Of a stretch of DNA of 64,000 nt, positions 1 to 8,826 are shown one piece after another. The notes beneath the pieces are model-generated. The model was given only the letters and a program-made list of their open reading frames with translations, searched no databases and had not been told where the DNA came from. Source of the DNA: Candidatus Nitrospinota bacterium M3_3B_026 (lineage in GTDB: Bacteria > Nitrospinota_A > UBA7883 > JBPRGF01); contig JBPRGF010000019.1 in NCBI GenBank assembly GCA_051418015.1, forward strand, positions 31,408 through 95,407. Reading direction: 5' to 3'. The translations under genes and the position numbers were made by a program. Within the stretch, counting starts at the first letter, position 1; every line of letters begins with the position of its first letter.

Positions 1-288
1 CCCGGAGCGGGTGTAAGCCTGACCCCCGGAAGGAGTTCTCATCTTGAAGTAGCCCGCGCCGGCCACGGCCATGTCCAGCGCGCCGCCGCCGCCGATCAGG
101 GCCCCCTGCGCGCCCGACTTCTGTGTCGAGACTGTCATCACCCCGCGCCCCTCTCCCATGGAGGCGAGGTTGACCCTGGAGGCTTTGAAGCCGGGGGTGT
201 TAACGTTCGCGACGTTGTTGGCGGTGGCCCGCGTTCTGTTTATATAGGCCCGGAGCCCGGAGAGGGCGGCTCCCATCCCTTCTATCAT
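1..288 (-). CDS. Flagellar hook/basal-body rod family protein (FlgE/F/G-like), 3' end outside the window
   Basis: Hand translation from ATG at 288: MIEGMGAALSGL...TANNVANVNTPGFKASR...LDMAVAGAGYFKMRTPSGGQAYTRSG. Contains the ANNxAN, LD.A..G.G.F and YTRxG motifs; GGAGG RBS upstream. Not in the ORF track. Confidence 0.88.
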   Translation of the reverse strand, partial: MIEGMGAALSGLRAYINRTRATANNVANVNTPGFKASRVNLASMGEGRGVMTVSTQKSGAQGALIGGGGALDMAVAGAGYFKMRTPSGGQAYTRSG

Positions 289-375
289 AGAGCGCCTCCA
301 CGGCAAGATACGTTACAAACCATTCTACAGGCTCCCCGCCCGCCCGGCAAGCGCGGGCAAAATCTTCCATCTCTT

Positions 376-403
376 TTATCGGAGCTTCGCCCCGTTAACT
401 TTA
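376..403 (-). promoter_or_regulatory. sigma28 (FliA)-type promoter for the hook/rod gene
   Basis: Minus strand TAAA-N16-TCCGATAA versus consensus TAAA-N15-GCCGATAA. Confidence 0.6.
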
Positions 404-438
404 TGGGGCAAAAACGGGAAATTTTTTCCCCGCGCAGC

Positions 439-465
439 TAAAGAAAAGAGAGATCCGGCCGAAAC
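439..465 (+). promoter_or_regulatory. sigma28 (FliA)-type promoter of flagellin
   Basis: TAAA(439-442)-N15-GCCGAAAC(458-465), upstream of fliC. Confidence 0.75.
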
Positions 466-622
466 AATGATTAGGCGAAAAACGGATCAAAGGAAAACGC
501 GAAAGAGGAAAGGAGGTAAAAGGCGAAAACGTTCTGTTACAGGACCTGGCGCGAAGGCGGGAAGGGAGATCCGGCTTGAAGCGCAGGGAAGCGGTAAACG
601 TATCATGGAGGAGACATAAGTC

Positions 623-1471
623 ATGGCATTACGAGTCTACAACAACGTTTTTTCACTCACGGCTCAGCGTCACCTGGGCAACAACAACAGCGCCCTGGGA
701 AGTTCGCTCGAGCGTCTTTCTTCCGGTCTGCGGATAAACCGCGGCGCCGACGACGCGGCGGGTCTGGCCATATCCCAGGCCCTGCGGGCGGACATTCGGT
801 CGCTGAACCAGGCGCTCCGGAACGCCAACGACGGCATCAGCCTCATCAACACCGCCGAAGGCGCCCTCTCGGAGCAGTCGTCCATCCTCATTCGTATGCG
901 CGAGCTGGCCTCTCAGGCCGCCACGGGCACCGTCGGCGACACGGAGCGCGCCACGATTAACAACGAGTTCAACCTGCTCAGGGACGAGATCACGCGTATA
1001 TCGCAGGTGACGGAGTTCAACGGTCAGAAGCTGATCGACGGTTCGCTGGCCTCTTCGGCCAGTTCGGTTGTCATCCAGGTCGGAATGCAGAACACCAGCT
1101 TCGACAGGATCAACCTGAACACGGCTGTCGACCTGACCGCCATCGACGCCACGGCGCTGGGTCTCGACACCGTGCAGGTGTCGGCCGTTGACGCGGCCCT
1201 CACCGCGATGGACAAGATCGACTCCGCCCTTTCCGTGGTGACGTCCGGGCGCGGCAAGCTCGGCGCGGTGCAGAACAGGCTGATCAACACTATCAACAAC
1301 ATCTCCGTCAGCGCCGAGAACCTCCAGGCGGCCGAGTCGCAGATCCGCGACGCGGACTACTCCAAGGAGATATCCGACTTCACGAAGAACCAGATCCTGG
1401 TGCAGGCCTCCACGGCCATTCTCGCCCAGGCGAACCTGGTGCCTCAGTCGGTGTTGCAGCTGTTGGGATAA
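623..1471 (+). CDS. fliC: Flagellin (282 aa)
   Basis: LERLSSGLRINRGADDAAGLAIS, RMRELASQA, GKLGAVQNRL, ESQIRDAD, AQAN..PQSVLQLL. Confidence 0.97.
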   Translation: MALRVYNNVFSLTAQRHLGNNNSALGSSLERLSSGLRINRGADDAAGLAISQALRADIRSLNQALRNANDGISLINTAEGALSEQSSILIRMRELASQAATGTVGDTERATINNEFNLLRDEITRISQVTEFNGQKLIDGSLASSASSVVIQVGMQNTSFDRINLNTAVDLTAIDATALGLDTVQVSAVDAALTAMDKIDSALSVVTSGRGKLGAVQNRLINTINNISVSAENLQAAESQIRDADYSKEISDFTKNQILVQASTAILAQANLVPQSVLQLLG

Positions 1472-1579
1472 CGCCTGCCTGACGAAGCCAGTCCCGCTCC
1501 GGCCTCGCCGGGGCGGACGGGCTTGGCGCCAAAGCCGCCGGGTTGACGCCCCGCGGCGCGGCGCCAGCGGCTTAATGAA

Positions 1580-1613
1580 GGCGGGAGGCTTTCAGAGCCT
1601 CCCGCCGTTTTTT
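1580..1613 (+). terminator. Rho-independent terminator after fliC
   Basis: 11-bp stem GGCGGGAGGCT/AGCCTCCCGCC followed by a T tract. Confidence 0.8.
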
Positions 1614-1781
1614 ATGGTGGGCGCGAACACAGAAAAAATCCTCACGCCTTCTTCCATGACTCCCCGCCCGCCGCGAACAATCCTCCCCCTCGGCTGTTCA
1701 AATACAAACCGGGAGCCGGGCGGATCCCCGGGGACGCGGGCCGGGCCGGGCGTAAAGTTTTGATCTGGTATAATTCCTGAA

Positions 1782-2831
1782 ATGTCTGAAGACAACACCG
1801 GCAGGATTCTCATCGTCGACGACGAGGAGAGCATCAGGACGTTCATCAACCGCAGGCTTTCCCGGCTCGGTTATGAATGCCGGGTCGCCGAGGACGGAGC
1901 CGCCGCTCTCGCCATCGCCGCCGGAGAGAAGTTCGACGTGGCGCTGACGGACATCAACATGCCGCGGATGGACGGCCTCGAGCTTTTGCGCAGGCTCCGC
2001 GGGATGGACGAGACCATATCCGTCATCATGGTCACCGCCGTGGTCGACATGAACGCCGCCGTCACTTCCCTGAAGGAGGGGGCGCTCGATTACATCACCA
2101 AGCCGATCGAGAGCGAGAAGCTCGTGGTCAGCGTCGCCAACGCCGTGGAAAAGGCCAGGCTCTTGAGGGAGAACATCGATTACCGCGACCACCTCGAGCG
2201 CATGGTGGAGGAGCGCTCCGCCGAGGTCAGGGAGAAAAGCCTGCGGCTCAAGCAGTTTTTCGTGGAGACCACGATGGCCCTGGTCTCCGCTATCGAGGCC
2301 AAGGACAAGTACACCGAGGGCCACAGCAGGAGGGTGGCCGAATACTCGAGAAAAACCGCCCTGAAACTCGGGCTGTCCGGCAACGAGGCGGAGATGGTCT
2401 TCGTGGCCGGATCCCTTCACGATATAGGCAAGATCGGGATACCCGACAGGGTGCTGAGCAAGCCGGGGGTCTTCAACGACGAGGAGAGGAGAATAATGAA
2501 CAGGCATTCGACCCTCTCCGCGAACATACTGGCGTACATCGAGGATTACAAGGATATCAAGGAGATGGTGCTGAGCCATCACGAGCGCTATGACGGCGAT
2601 GGGTATCCCGAAGGCCTCGCGGGCGAGGCGATCCCCCTCGGCGCGAGAATACTGGCCGTGGCCGACACCTTCGACGCGATGACGTCGGAGCGCCCCTACA
2701 GGCCCAGGATGTCCGCGGAAAGGGCCGTGGAGGAGATCAGGAGGGGCATGGGGCAACAGTTCGACCAGCGTGTCGCCGCCGCGTTCATCGCCCTTGTGGA
2801 GGAGGGCGAGATAGACGGTGATAAGGGATGA
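1782..2831 (+). CDS. Response regulator with HD-GYP phosphodiesterase domain (RpfG-like)
   Basis: Receiver motifs ILIVDD and DINMP..DG; HSRRV, LHDIGKIG, HHERYDGDGYP, RPYR. Confidence 0.93.
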   Translation: MSEDNTGRILIVDDEESIRTFINRRLSRLGYECRVAEDGAAALAIAAGEKFDVALTDINMPRMDGLELLRRLRGMDETISVIMVTAVVDMNAAVTSLKEGALDYITKPIESEKLVVSVANAVEKARLLRENIDYRDHLERMVEERSAEVREKSLRLKQFFVETTMALVSAIEAKDKYTEGHSRRVAEYSRKTALKLGLSGNEAEMVFVAGSLHDIGKIGIPDRVLSKPGVFNDEERRIMNRHSTLSANILAYIEDYKDIKEMVLSHHERYDGDGYPEGLAGEAIPLGARILAVADTFDAMTSERPYRPRMSAERAVEEIRRGMGQQFDQRVAAAFIALVEEGEIDGDKG

Positions 2832-3754
2832 GCCGCGCCGCCGCCATAGACCTCGGGACCAACACTGTCCGGATACTTGTGGCCGAGCCCGACGGCGGCG
2901 GGTTCAACCAGCTTTTCTCCGATCAGGTCATAACCCGCCTCGGGGAAGGCATGGGAGCCTCGGGCAGGCTCAGGCCCGAAGCTGTCGAAAGGACGGCGGA
3001 GGCCGTGGAGGAGCTTTTGCGCCGGGCCGCGTCATATAAACCCTTCCGGCTCGCCGTTACCGCCACCAGCGCCGCCCGGGAGGCGGCCAACACGGACGAG
3101 CTCGCCGCCGCGATCCGAGAGGCCTCCGGGGCGGCTCTCAGGGTGATCTCGTGGGAGGAGGAGGCGCGCCTTACGCTCCTGGGGGCGTCGCTGGCCGTCG
3201 GCGGGGCGGGGCGGTTCGTGCTTTTCGACATCGGCGGGGGCAGCACGGAGTTCATATTGGCCGAGGAAGGGCGGCCGGCCTCCTTTCGCGGCTCGGACCT
3301 TGGCGTGGTGAGGCTGGCGGAGACTTACATCACGAAACATCCCGTTGTTGACTATGAGTACGGGAGAATGTTACAGGAGATCAGCGGGAAGGTGGACGAA
3401 GCCTTCACCGGCCTTGAGGCCGGCGGCGGTGAGGAGCTTGTCGGCGTGGCGGGGACGGTGACGTCGCTGGCGGCGATCGACCTGAACATGGTGGAGTACT
3501 CCCCCGCCAGGGTGAACAACCACCGCCTCACGGCCGGGGCCGTGGGCAGGATAAAGGAAAGGCTTTTCGCCATGACGCTGAAGGAGCGGGCCAGGATCCC
3601 GTCGCTGAAAGGAGGGCGCGAGGACCTCATCGTCCCGGGAGTCGCGATCGTCGAGTCGGTCATGGCGCGGGCGGGCTCTGAAAGCGTGACGGTCTCCGAC
3701 TACAGCCTCAGGGAGGGGATTATCCTGGACATGGCCCGGACAGACGGCCCATGA
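2828..3754 (+). CDS. ppx: Ppx/GppA family exopolyphosphatase (short form)
   Basis: IDLGTNT, ATSAAREA.N, EEEARL, DIGGGSTE, LREG. Confidence 0.92.
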   Translation: MSRAAAIDLGTNTVRILVAEPDGGGFNQLFSDQVITRLGEGMGASGRLRPEAVERTAEAVEELLRRAASYKPFRLAVTATSAAREAANTDELAAAIREASGAALRVISWEEEARLTLLGASLAVGGAGRFVLFDIGGGSTEFILAEEGRPASFRGSDLGVVRLAETYITKHPVVDYEYGRMLQEISGKVDEAFTGLEAGGGEELVGVAGTVTSLAAIDLNMVEYSPARVNNHRLTAGAVGRIKERLFAMTLKERARIPSLKGGREDLIVPGVAIVESVMARAGSESVTVSDYSLREGIILDMARTDGP

Positions 3755-4554
3755 GCGCGGCGCCTCTCGCCCTGGCCGCGGCCATGATCTCCATCGCCTT
3801 TGTCGGCCCGGCCTACCTCGCGAACAAGGAGGGGAACAAGCTGTACGCGGCCGGGCGCTATAAGGAGGCGCTTGCCGAATACCGCAGGGCCGGGATGGCC
3901 GACCCCGAGTCCGAGACGGTGAAGTACAACATGGGGAACACCCTTTACAGGTTGAAAAGATACGAGGAGGCGGCGCAGGCCTATTCTTCGGTCGTCTCCT
4001 CCGGGGACGGGGGACTGGAAGGGATGGCCGCCTTCAACCGCGGCGGCGCCCTGTACAGGGCAGGGGAGGCGGCGCAGGCCCAGGGGAACCCGGACGGGGC
4101 CCTTAAGTTTTTCGAGGCGGCGGCGGGCCAGTACAAGAATCTGCTGAAAGAATATCCTTCCGACAACGACGCGCGGCACAACCTGGAGCTGGCCCTCGAG
4201 AAGATCAGGGAGCTTGAAAAACAGCGGAAGGAGCGCGACAGGGAGGATAATAAGACCAAAGGCGGCGGGCAACAGGAAAAGAAGGCCGGGAAGGAGGAGA
4301 AGGAGCCCACCGGCGGAGAAGACGGCGCCGGGGAAGAGGGGCGGGATGAGCGCAGGGAGAATGAAAACCGCCTCGCAAAAGAGGACCGCGGGAATAAGCA
4401 GGAGCAAAAAAAGCGGGACAAGCCGCAATCGGACAGGGCCGTGGAGCAGGCGAGCCGCGTGTTCAGGGCCGTGGAGCAGGACGAGCGCGCCCTGCGGGAG
4501 AAACTGAGGCTGAAGGCCCTCGGCGAGGCACCGCAAAAAGAAAAGGACTGGTGA
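3751..4554 (+). CDS. TPR protein, BatC-like
   Basis: N-terminal hydrophobic segment; GNKLY..Y.EAL..Y, YNMGNTLY, DARHNLELAL; charged tail ending KDW. Confidence 0.7.
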   Translation: MSAAPLALAAAMISIAFVGPAYLANKEGNKLYAAGRYKEALAEYRRAGMADPESETVKYNMGNTLYRLKRYEEAAQAYSSVVSSGDGGLEGMAAFNRGGALYRAGEAAQAQGNPDGALKFFEAAAGQYKNLLKEYPSDNDARHNLELALEKIRELEKQRKERDREDNKTKGGGQQEKKAGKEEKEPTGGEDGAGEEGRDERRENENRLAKEDRGNKQEQKKRDKPQSDRAVEQASRVFRAVEQDERALREKLRLKALGEAPQKEKDW

Positions 4555-4558
4555 CCCC

Positions 4559-5428
4559 ATGACATCCCTCGCCATTATCGGCGGAAGCGGCGCTTACAAC
4601 ATCCTTGGGCGCGAGGCGCTCGGCAGGGTGAAAACGCTCAAGCCGGTGCGCACACCCTTCGGCAAAAGGGACAACATCCACAAGGCTCGCATGGGCGGGC
4701 GGGACGTTCTTTTCCTGTCCCGCCACGGGGAGGACGGGTACAGGATATCCGCCCCATTCATAAACTACAGGGCGAACATCTGGGCGCTCAAGGAGTTGGG
4801 CGTGGAGCGTATAATCGCCTGGTCGGGCCCCGGCGTAATAAACCCTTCGTTTTCCGTCGGCGGCTACACCGTGCCCCACGACATCATCGACATGACGAAA
4901 CGCCGTCCTTCCACGTTTTTCGAGAAGGGCGGGCTCGGTTTCATAAGGATGAAAAACCCCTTCTGCCAGGACCTTCGCCACGCGCTGATGTACGCCATGG
5001 AGGAGGACGGGCTGCGGTATTACGATGAGTCTGTCTATCTTTGCACGGAGGGGCCGAGGCTGGAGACGCCTGCGGAGATACGCCTTTTCCACTCCTACGG
5101 CGCCGACCTTGTGGGGATGACGCTCGTCCCCGAGGCTTTCCTCGCGCGGGAGCTGGAGATGTGTTACGCGGCCCTGTGCTACCTGACGAACTACGCTGAG
5201 GGGGCGGCGGAGCGCGCGTACAGGGAGGGGGAGCTTTTCGAGGGGATGCAAAGCGCCAGGGAGAAAGAAGACGTGGAGGAGGCGATGGAGCGCCTTCCGC
5301 GCTTGGCCGCCGCCGCCCTGGCCGCCGCGGCGGCCCACGAGCGGGAATGCGAATGCAAGGACGCCATGCTTCGCTACAAAAAAAGAGGGGACATCACCGA
5401 CGATTGGCGAAAATGGATCGACCCCTGA
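4559..5428 (+). CDS. MTAP-family purine nucleoside phosphorylase, probably methylthioinosine/6-oxopurine specific
   Basis: IIGGSG, TPFG, RHG, NYRANIWAL, EGPRLET.AE, DLVGMT..PEA.LARE, TNYA. Confidence 0.88.
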   Translation: MTSLAIIGGSGAYNILGREALGRVKTLKPVRTPFGKRDNIHKARMGGRDVLFLSRHGEDGYRISAPFINYRANIWALKELGVERIIAWSGPGVINPSFSVGGYTVPHDIIDMTKRRPSTFFEKGGLGFIRMKNPFCQDLRHALMYAMEEDGLRYYDESVYLCTEGPRLETPAEIRLFHSYGADLVGMTLVPEAFLARELEMCYAALCYLTNYAEGAAERAYREGELFEGMQSAREKEDVEEAMERLPRLAAAALAAAAAHERECECKDAMLRYKKRGDITDDWRKWIDP

Positions 5429-5435
5429 GCGCGCC

Positions 5436-6701
5436 ATGCCCGCCGCCACGCTGAAGGTCACCGCGAAGCTCCTGATACTGGACAGTTCGCAGGTCCTGGA
5501 TCACGCATCGGTCATAGTCCACGGCGGCGCCGTCGCCGAAATCGGCCCCGCGGAGAGCCTGTCGAAGGTGAAGGCTGACCGGCGCCTGACGCTCGCGTCC
5601 CATGTTGTCCACCCCGGTCTTGTGAACGCCCATACGCATCTCGATCTTTCGTTTCTCAATGGCAGGCTCAAGCCCCGCGCGCCCTTCACGGAATGGATAC
5701 GCGCCCTCGCCGCCGCCCGGGCGGCTGCGGGAGGGGAGGCCGTCGATAGCGGGATACGGCGCGGGCTGGCGCGGCTCATGGCCGCCGGGACAACGCTGGT
5801 GGGGGACATATCAACGGACGGACGGTCCATCCCGCTAATCATGGGGGCGGGCCTGCGCTCCGTGGTGTTCCACGAGACGCTCGGGTTCGCTTCACGGCTC
5901 GCGGACTCCAGGATGGCGGAGCTTCGCGGGAGGGTGGAGTCCGCGCCATCCTCGCCTCTTTTGACCCACGGCGTCTCTCCCCACGCGGTCTACTCCGTCT
6001 CGCCGCGGCTGATGCGCGCCGTGGCGCGATACGCGGTGCGGGGCGAAAGGCCGCTTGCCATCCACCTGCTGGAGACGCCGGAAGAGGGTCTGTTTTCGCG
6101 AAAAGGGACCGGCCCTTTCCGTGACCTGCTGGAGTCCTTCGGCGTGTTCGACCCCGCCTCCGTCCCCCGCTGCTCGCCGATGAACGCCGTCAAAAAATCC
6201 GGCGCCCTGAAAGGCGCGCTGGTCATACACTTCAACCACCCCGGGCGGGGCGGCTTGGCGGCGCTGGAAAGAGAAGGAGCGAAGGTCGTGGTGTGCCCTC
6301 TCTCCAACCGCTGGTTCGGACGGGAGATGACCGCTCCCGTCCACGATATACTCGACAGGAAAATCCCCCTCGCCCTCGGGACGGACAGCCTCGCCTCCAA
6401 CACGGACCTCGACGTCGCCGCCGAGGCGCGGGCGCTGATGAGAGAATACGGGGATATCGGCCTGGCGAAGGCTTTCGAGATCGCCACCGAGGGGGGCGCG
6501 AAGGCGCTCGGCTTCCCCGAAGGGTGCGGGACGCTGCGGCCCGGCGCGCCCTTCGACGCGGCGGCGGTTCTGGTAAAATCCGGGCGGAGGGTAAACCCGC
6601 TCAGGGCGGCGCTTGCCAGGGGCCGCCGGGTGGAAAGGCTCTGGGTGGCAGGGCGTGAGTTGAAAAACAAGGAAAACCCTCGCGCAGTCCGGCCGCTATA
6701 G
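5436..6701 (+). CDS. Amidohydrolase-family nucleoside deaminase (MtaD/MqnF-like)
   Basis: PGLVNAHTHL, SPHAVYSV, IHLLET..E, CPLSN, LGTDSLASN. Confidence 0.82.
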   Translation: MPAATLKVTAKLLILDSSQVLDHASVIVHGGAVAEIGPAESLSKVKADRRLTLASHVVHPGLVNAHTHLDLSFLNGRLKPRAPFTEWIRALAAARAAAGGEAVDSGIRRGLARLMAAGTTLVGDISTDGRSIPLIMGAGLRSVVFHETLGFASRLADSRMAELRGRVESAPSSPLLTHGVSPHAVYSVSPRLMRAVARYAVRGERPLAIHLLETPEEGLFSRKGTGPFRDLLESFGVFDPASVPRCSPMNAVKKSGALKGALVIHFNHPGRGGLAALEREGAKVVVCPLSNRWFGREMTAPVHDILDRKIPLALGTDSLASNTDLDVAAEARALMREYGDIGLAKAFEIATEGGAKALGFPEGCGTLRPGAPFDAAAVLVKSGRRVNPLRAALARGRRVERLWVAGRELKNKENPRAVRPL

Positions 6702-6705
6702 CTTG

Positions 6706-6736
6706 TCGTCGTCCTGAGCGAAGTGAAGGACCTTGA
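6706..6736. repeat. GTC-tagged REP-like palindromic unit
   Basis: GTCGTCCTGAGCGAAGTGAAGGACCT, in which GTCCT pairs with AGGAC. Intergenic; resembles the units at 60468-60540. Confidence 0.45.
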
Positions 6737-6840
6737 TTTCATTAAAAGGCAAGGTCTCTCGCCGAAAGGCCCGGGAAGGCGAAGACAGAGAAAACCGCTG
6801 TTTGCTCCAAGGTTCCGACGAGAAGGAGGTTCTGACAAAG

Positions 6841-8238
6841 ATGGGCGACATAAGGATAGATTACACGAACGTCATGGCCTCCGCCGTTGGGGAAGAAAAC
6901 GGCCTCGCGGACGAGCAGCTCAAGGCCCTGAAGGGGCGCGCCCGGCGGATACACCGCGAGCTTCAGGCCAGGCGGCGCAAGGGCGAGCTGCCTTTTTATG
7001 AACTGCCGTACAAGGCCGCCGAGGCCGAAAAGGTCAAAAAAGCCGCCAGGGTGATCCGGAAAGAGTTCAACACCATGGTAGTCCTCGGGATCGGCGGCTC
7101 CGCGCTGGGGACGACGGCGCTTTTCACCGCCCTCAAAAGCAGTTCCCACAACAGCCTGCCCGCCGGGAAAAGGGGCGGCGTCAGGCTCCACGTGGCGGAC
7201 AACATCGACCCGGACCAGTTCGGCGAACTGCTGGGCTCCATCAGGCCGAAGGAGACCGTCTTCAACGTGATATCGAAGAGCGGGGCCACGGCGGAGACGA
7301 TGAGCCAGTTTCTGATCGTGGCGGACCTCCTCAAAAAAAAGCTGGGGCGAGGCTGGAAAAAACACGTCGTCGTGACCACGGACGAAAAGTCCGGCCCGCT
7401 CCGGGCCATCGTGAATAGATTCAGGCTCAAATCCTTCATCGTGCCAGAGGGCGTCGGCGGCAGGTTCACGGTGTTGACCCCTGTCTCCCTGCTGCCCGCC
7501 GCCGCGGCGGGGGTGGACATAGCGCAGCTTCTGCGCGGCGCGGCGAGGATGGAGGAGAGGACGTGGGAAGAAGACCTAATGAAAAACCCGGCCAGTCTCC
7601 TCGCCGCCATTCATTACCTGCTGGACACGGCGAAAGGCAAAAAAATAACGGTGATGATGCCGTACTCCGGCAGGCTGCGCGACGTGGCGGACTGGTTCCG
7701 CCAGCTCTGGGCGGAATCGCTCGGCAAGAGACTGGACCTCGACGGCGCCCCAGTTCATGTCGGGCAGACGCCCGTCAAGGCCCTCGGCGCCACCGACCAG
7801 CACTCGCAGGTCCAGCTCTACGTGGAGGGGCCTTTCGACAAGCTGGTCTGTTTCCTGGAGGTGGAGCGTTTCGAAAAGGACCTTCCCATCCCGAAAGGCT
7901 TCGAGGACCAGCCGGGGGTTGCCTACCTTGGCGGCCATTCTTTAGGGGAGCTTATGAACGTGGAGAAGCGGGGGACGGAATACGCCCTGACGGTGAACCG
8001 GAGGCCGAACATGACCATAAAGGTCCCCGAGGTAAGCGCGCACACGGTGGGGCAGCTTCTATACCTTCTGGAGGCCGCCACGGCCTTCGCCGGGGGGTTG
8101 TATAAAGTCAACGCCTTCGACCAGCCCGGAGTGGAGTTCGGCAAGCAGTACACGTACGCCATGATGGGCAAGCCTGGGAGCGAGGGCGGGCGCGCCGAAT
8201 TCGAGCGGGCCTCCGGAGTGGAGCGGAGGATTTTGTAG
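6841..8238 (+). CDS. pgi: Glucose-6-phosphate isomerase
   Basis: LGIGGSALG, ISKSG.T.ET, GGRFTV, QLWAESLGK, DQHS..Q, FDQPGVE.GK. Start placed at ATG 6841 because of AGGAGG at 6824. Confidence 0.95.
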   Translation: MGDIRIDYTNVMASAVGEENGLADEQLKALKGRARRIHRELQARRRKGELPFYELPYKAAEAEKVKKAARVIRKEFNTMVVLGIGGSALGTTALFTALKSSSHNSLPAGKRGGVRLHVADNIDPDQFGELLGSIRPKETVFNVISKSGATAETMSQFLIVADLLKKKLGRGWKKHVVVTTDEKSGPLRAIVNRFRLKSFIVPEGVGGRFTVLTPVSLLPAAAAGVDIAQLLRGAARMEERTWEEDLMKNPASLLAAIHYLLDTAKGKKITVMMPYSGRLRDVADWFRQLWAESLGKRLDLDGAPVHVGQTPVKALGATDQHSQVQLYVEGPFDKLVCFLEVERFEKDLPIPKGFEDQPGVAYLGGHSLGELMNVEKRGTEYALTVNRRPNMTIKVPEVSAHTVGQLLYLLEAATAFAGGLYKVNAFDQPGVEFGKQYTYAMMGKPGSEGGRAEFERASGVERRIL

Positions 8239-8244
8239 CGGGAT

Positions 8245-8276
8245 AAAAAAAGACCCCCAATGGGTATGGGGGCCTT
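8245..8276 (-). terminator. Terminator between the convergent pgi and dsrE2 genes
   Basis: Minus strand GGCCCCCA-loop-TGGGGGTC followed by T7. Confidence 0.7.
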
Positions 8277-8306
8277 CACGGCGCGCAGTTTCGAAGCCGC
8301 GCCTTG

Positions 8307-8798
8307 CTAGACGAAAAGCTGTATATCTGATTCCGCTGCGTAGTCGAGGAAAGCAGCCGCGCCGCCCACCTCGATGCCGTCGATCAATTCCTCTTTTTTG
8401 ATCCCCATCACATCCATGGTCATCTGGCAGCCGATCATCCTGACACCGCTTTTAACGCAGGAGTCCAGCAGGGAGGGGATGGTGGCCACGTTGGCCTTGC
8501 TCATCCAGCTGTTCATCATCGCCGTGGCGACGCTCGTCATGCCGGGCAGGACGCCCAGTATGTTCGGAACGGACATGCCAGGGATGGGGTCCGGCATGGC
8601 GGGGTTTGCAAGCGGAGGCACCTTCAGCGATTTGTATTTGTGCTTGTTGATGATATCAAGCCCATAAAAGGTGAAAAATATTCCCGCCTCCATATCCATC
8701 GCCACGGCCGTCGAGGCCAGGATGAGCGGCGGATACGCCATGTCCAGCGTGCCCTTGGAGGCGATCAGGGCGATGCGCTTTGGCTTTTCGTCTGCCAT
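8307..8798 (-). CDS. dsrE2: DsrE2/DrsH-like sulfurtransferase
   Basis: ASKGTLD.AYPPLILASTA, IFFTFYGL, GCQMTMD, GAAAFLDYA. Confidence 0.85.
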   Translation of the reverse strand: MADEKPKRIALIASKGTLDMAYPPLILASTAVAMDMEAGIFFTFYGLDIINKHKYKSLKVPPLANPAMPDPIPGMSVPNILGVLPGMTSVATAMMNSWMSKANVATIPSLLDSCVKSGVRMIGCQMTMDVMGIKKEELIDGIEVGGAAAFLDYAAESDIQLFV

Positions 8799-8826
8799 TT
8801 AAGACTCCTTTATTCAAGTAGTTCCC

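Noticed and set aside
1480..1575. tRNA or ncRNA after fliC
   Set aside because: Only GC-rich hairpins; no cloverleaf or T-loop motif
6733..6840. N-terminal extension of Pgi in the ORF track
   Set aside because: Better RBS before ATG 6841; the extension is not Pgi-like
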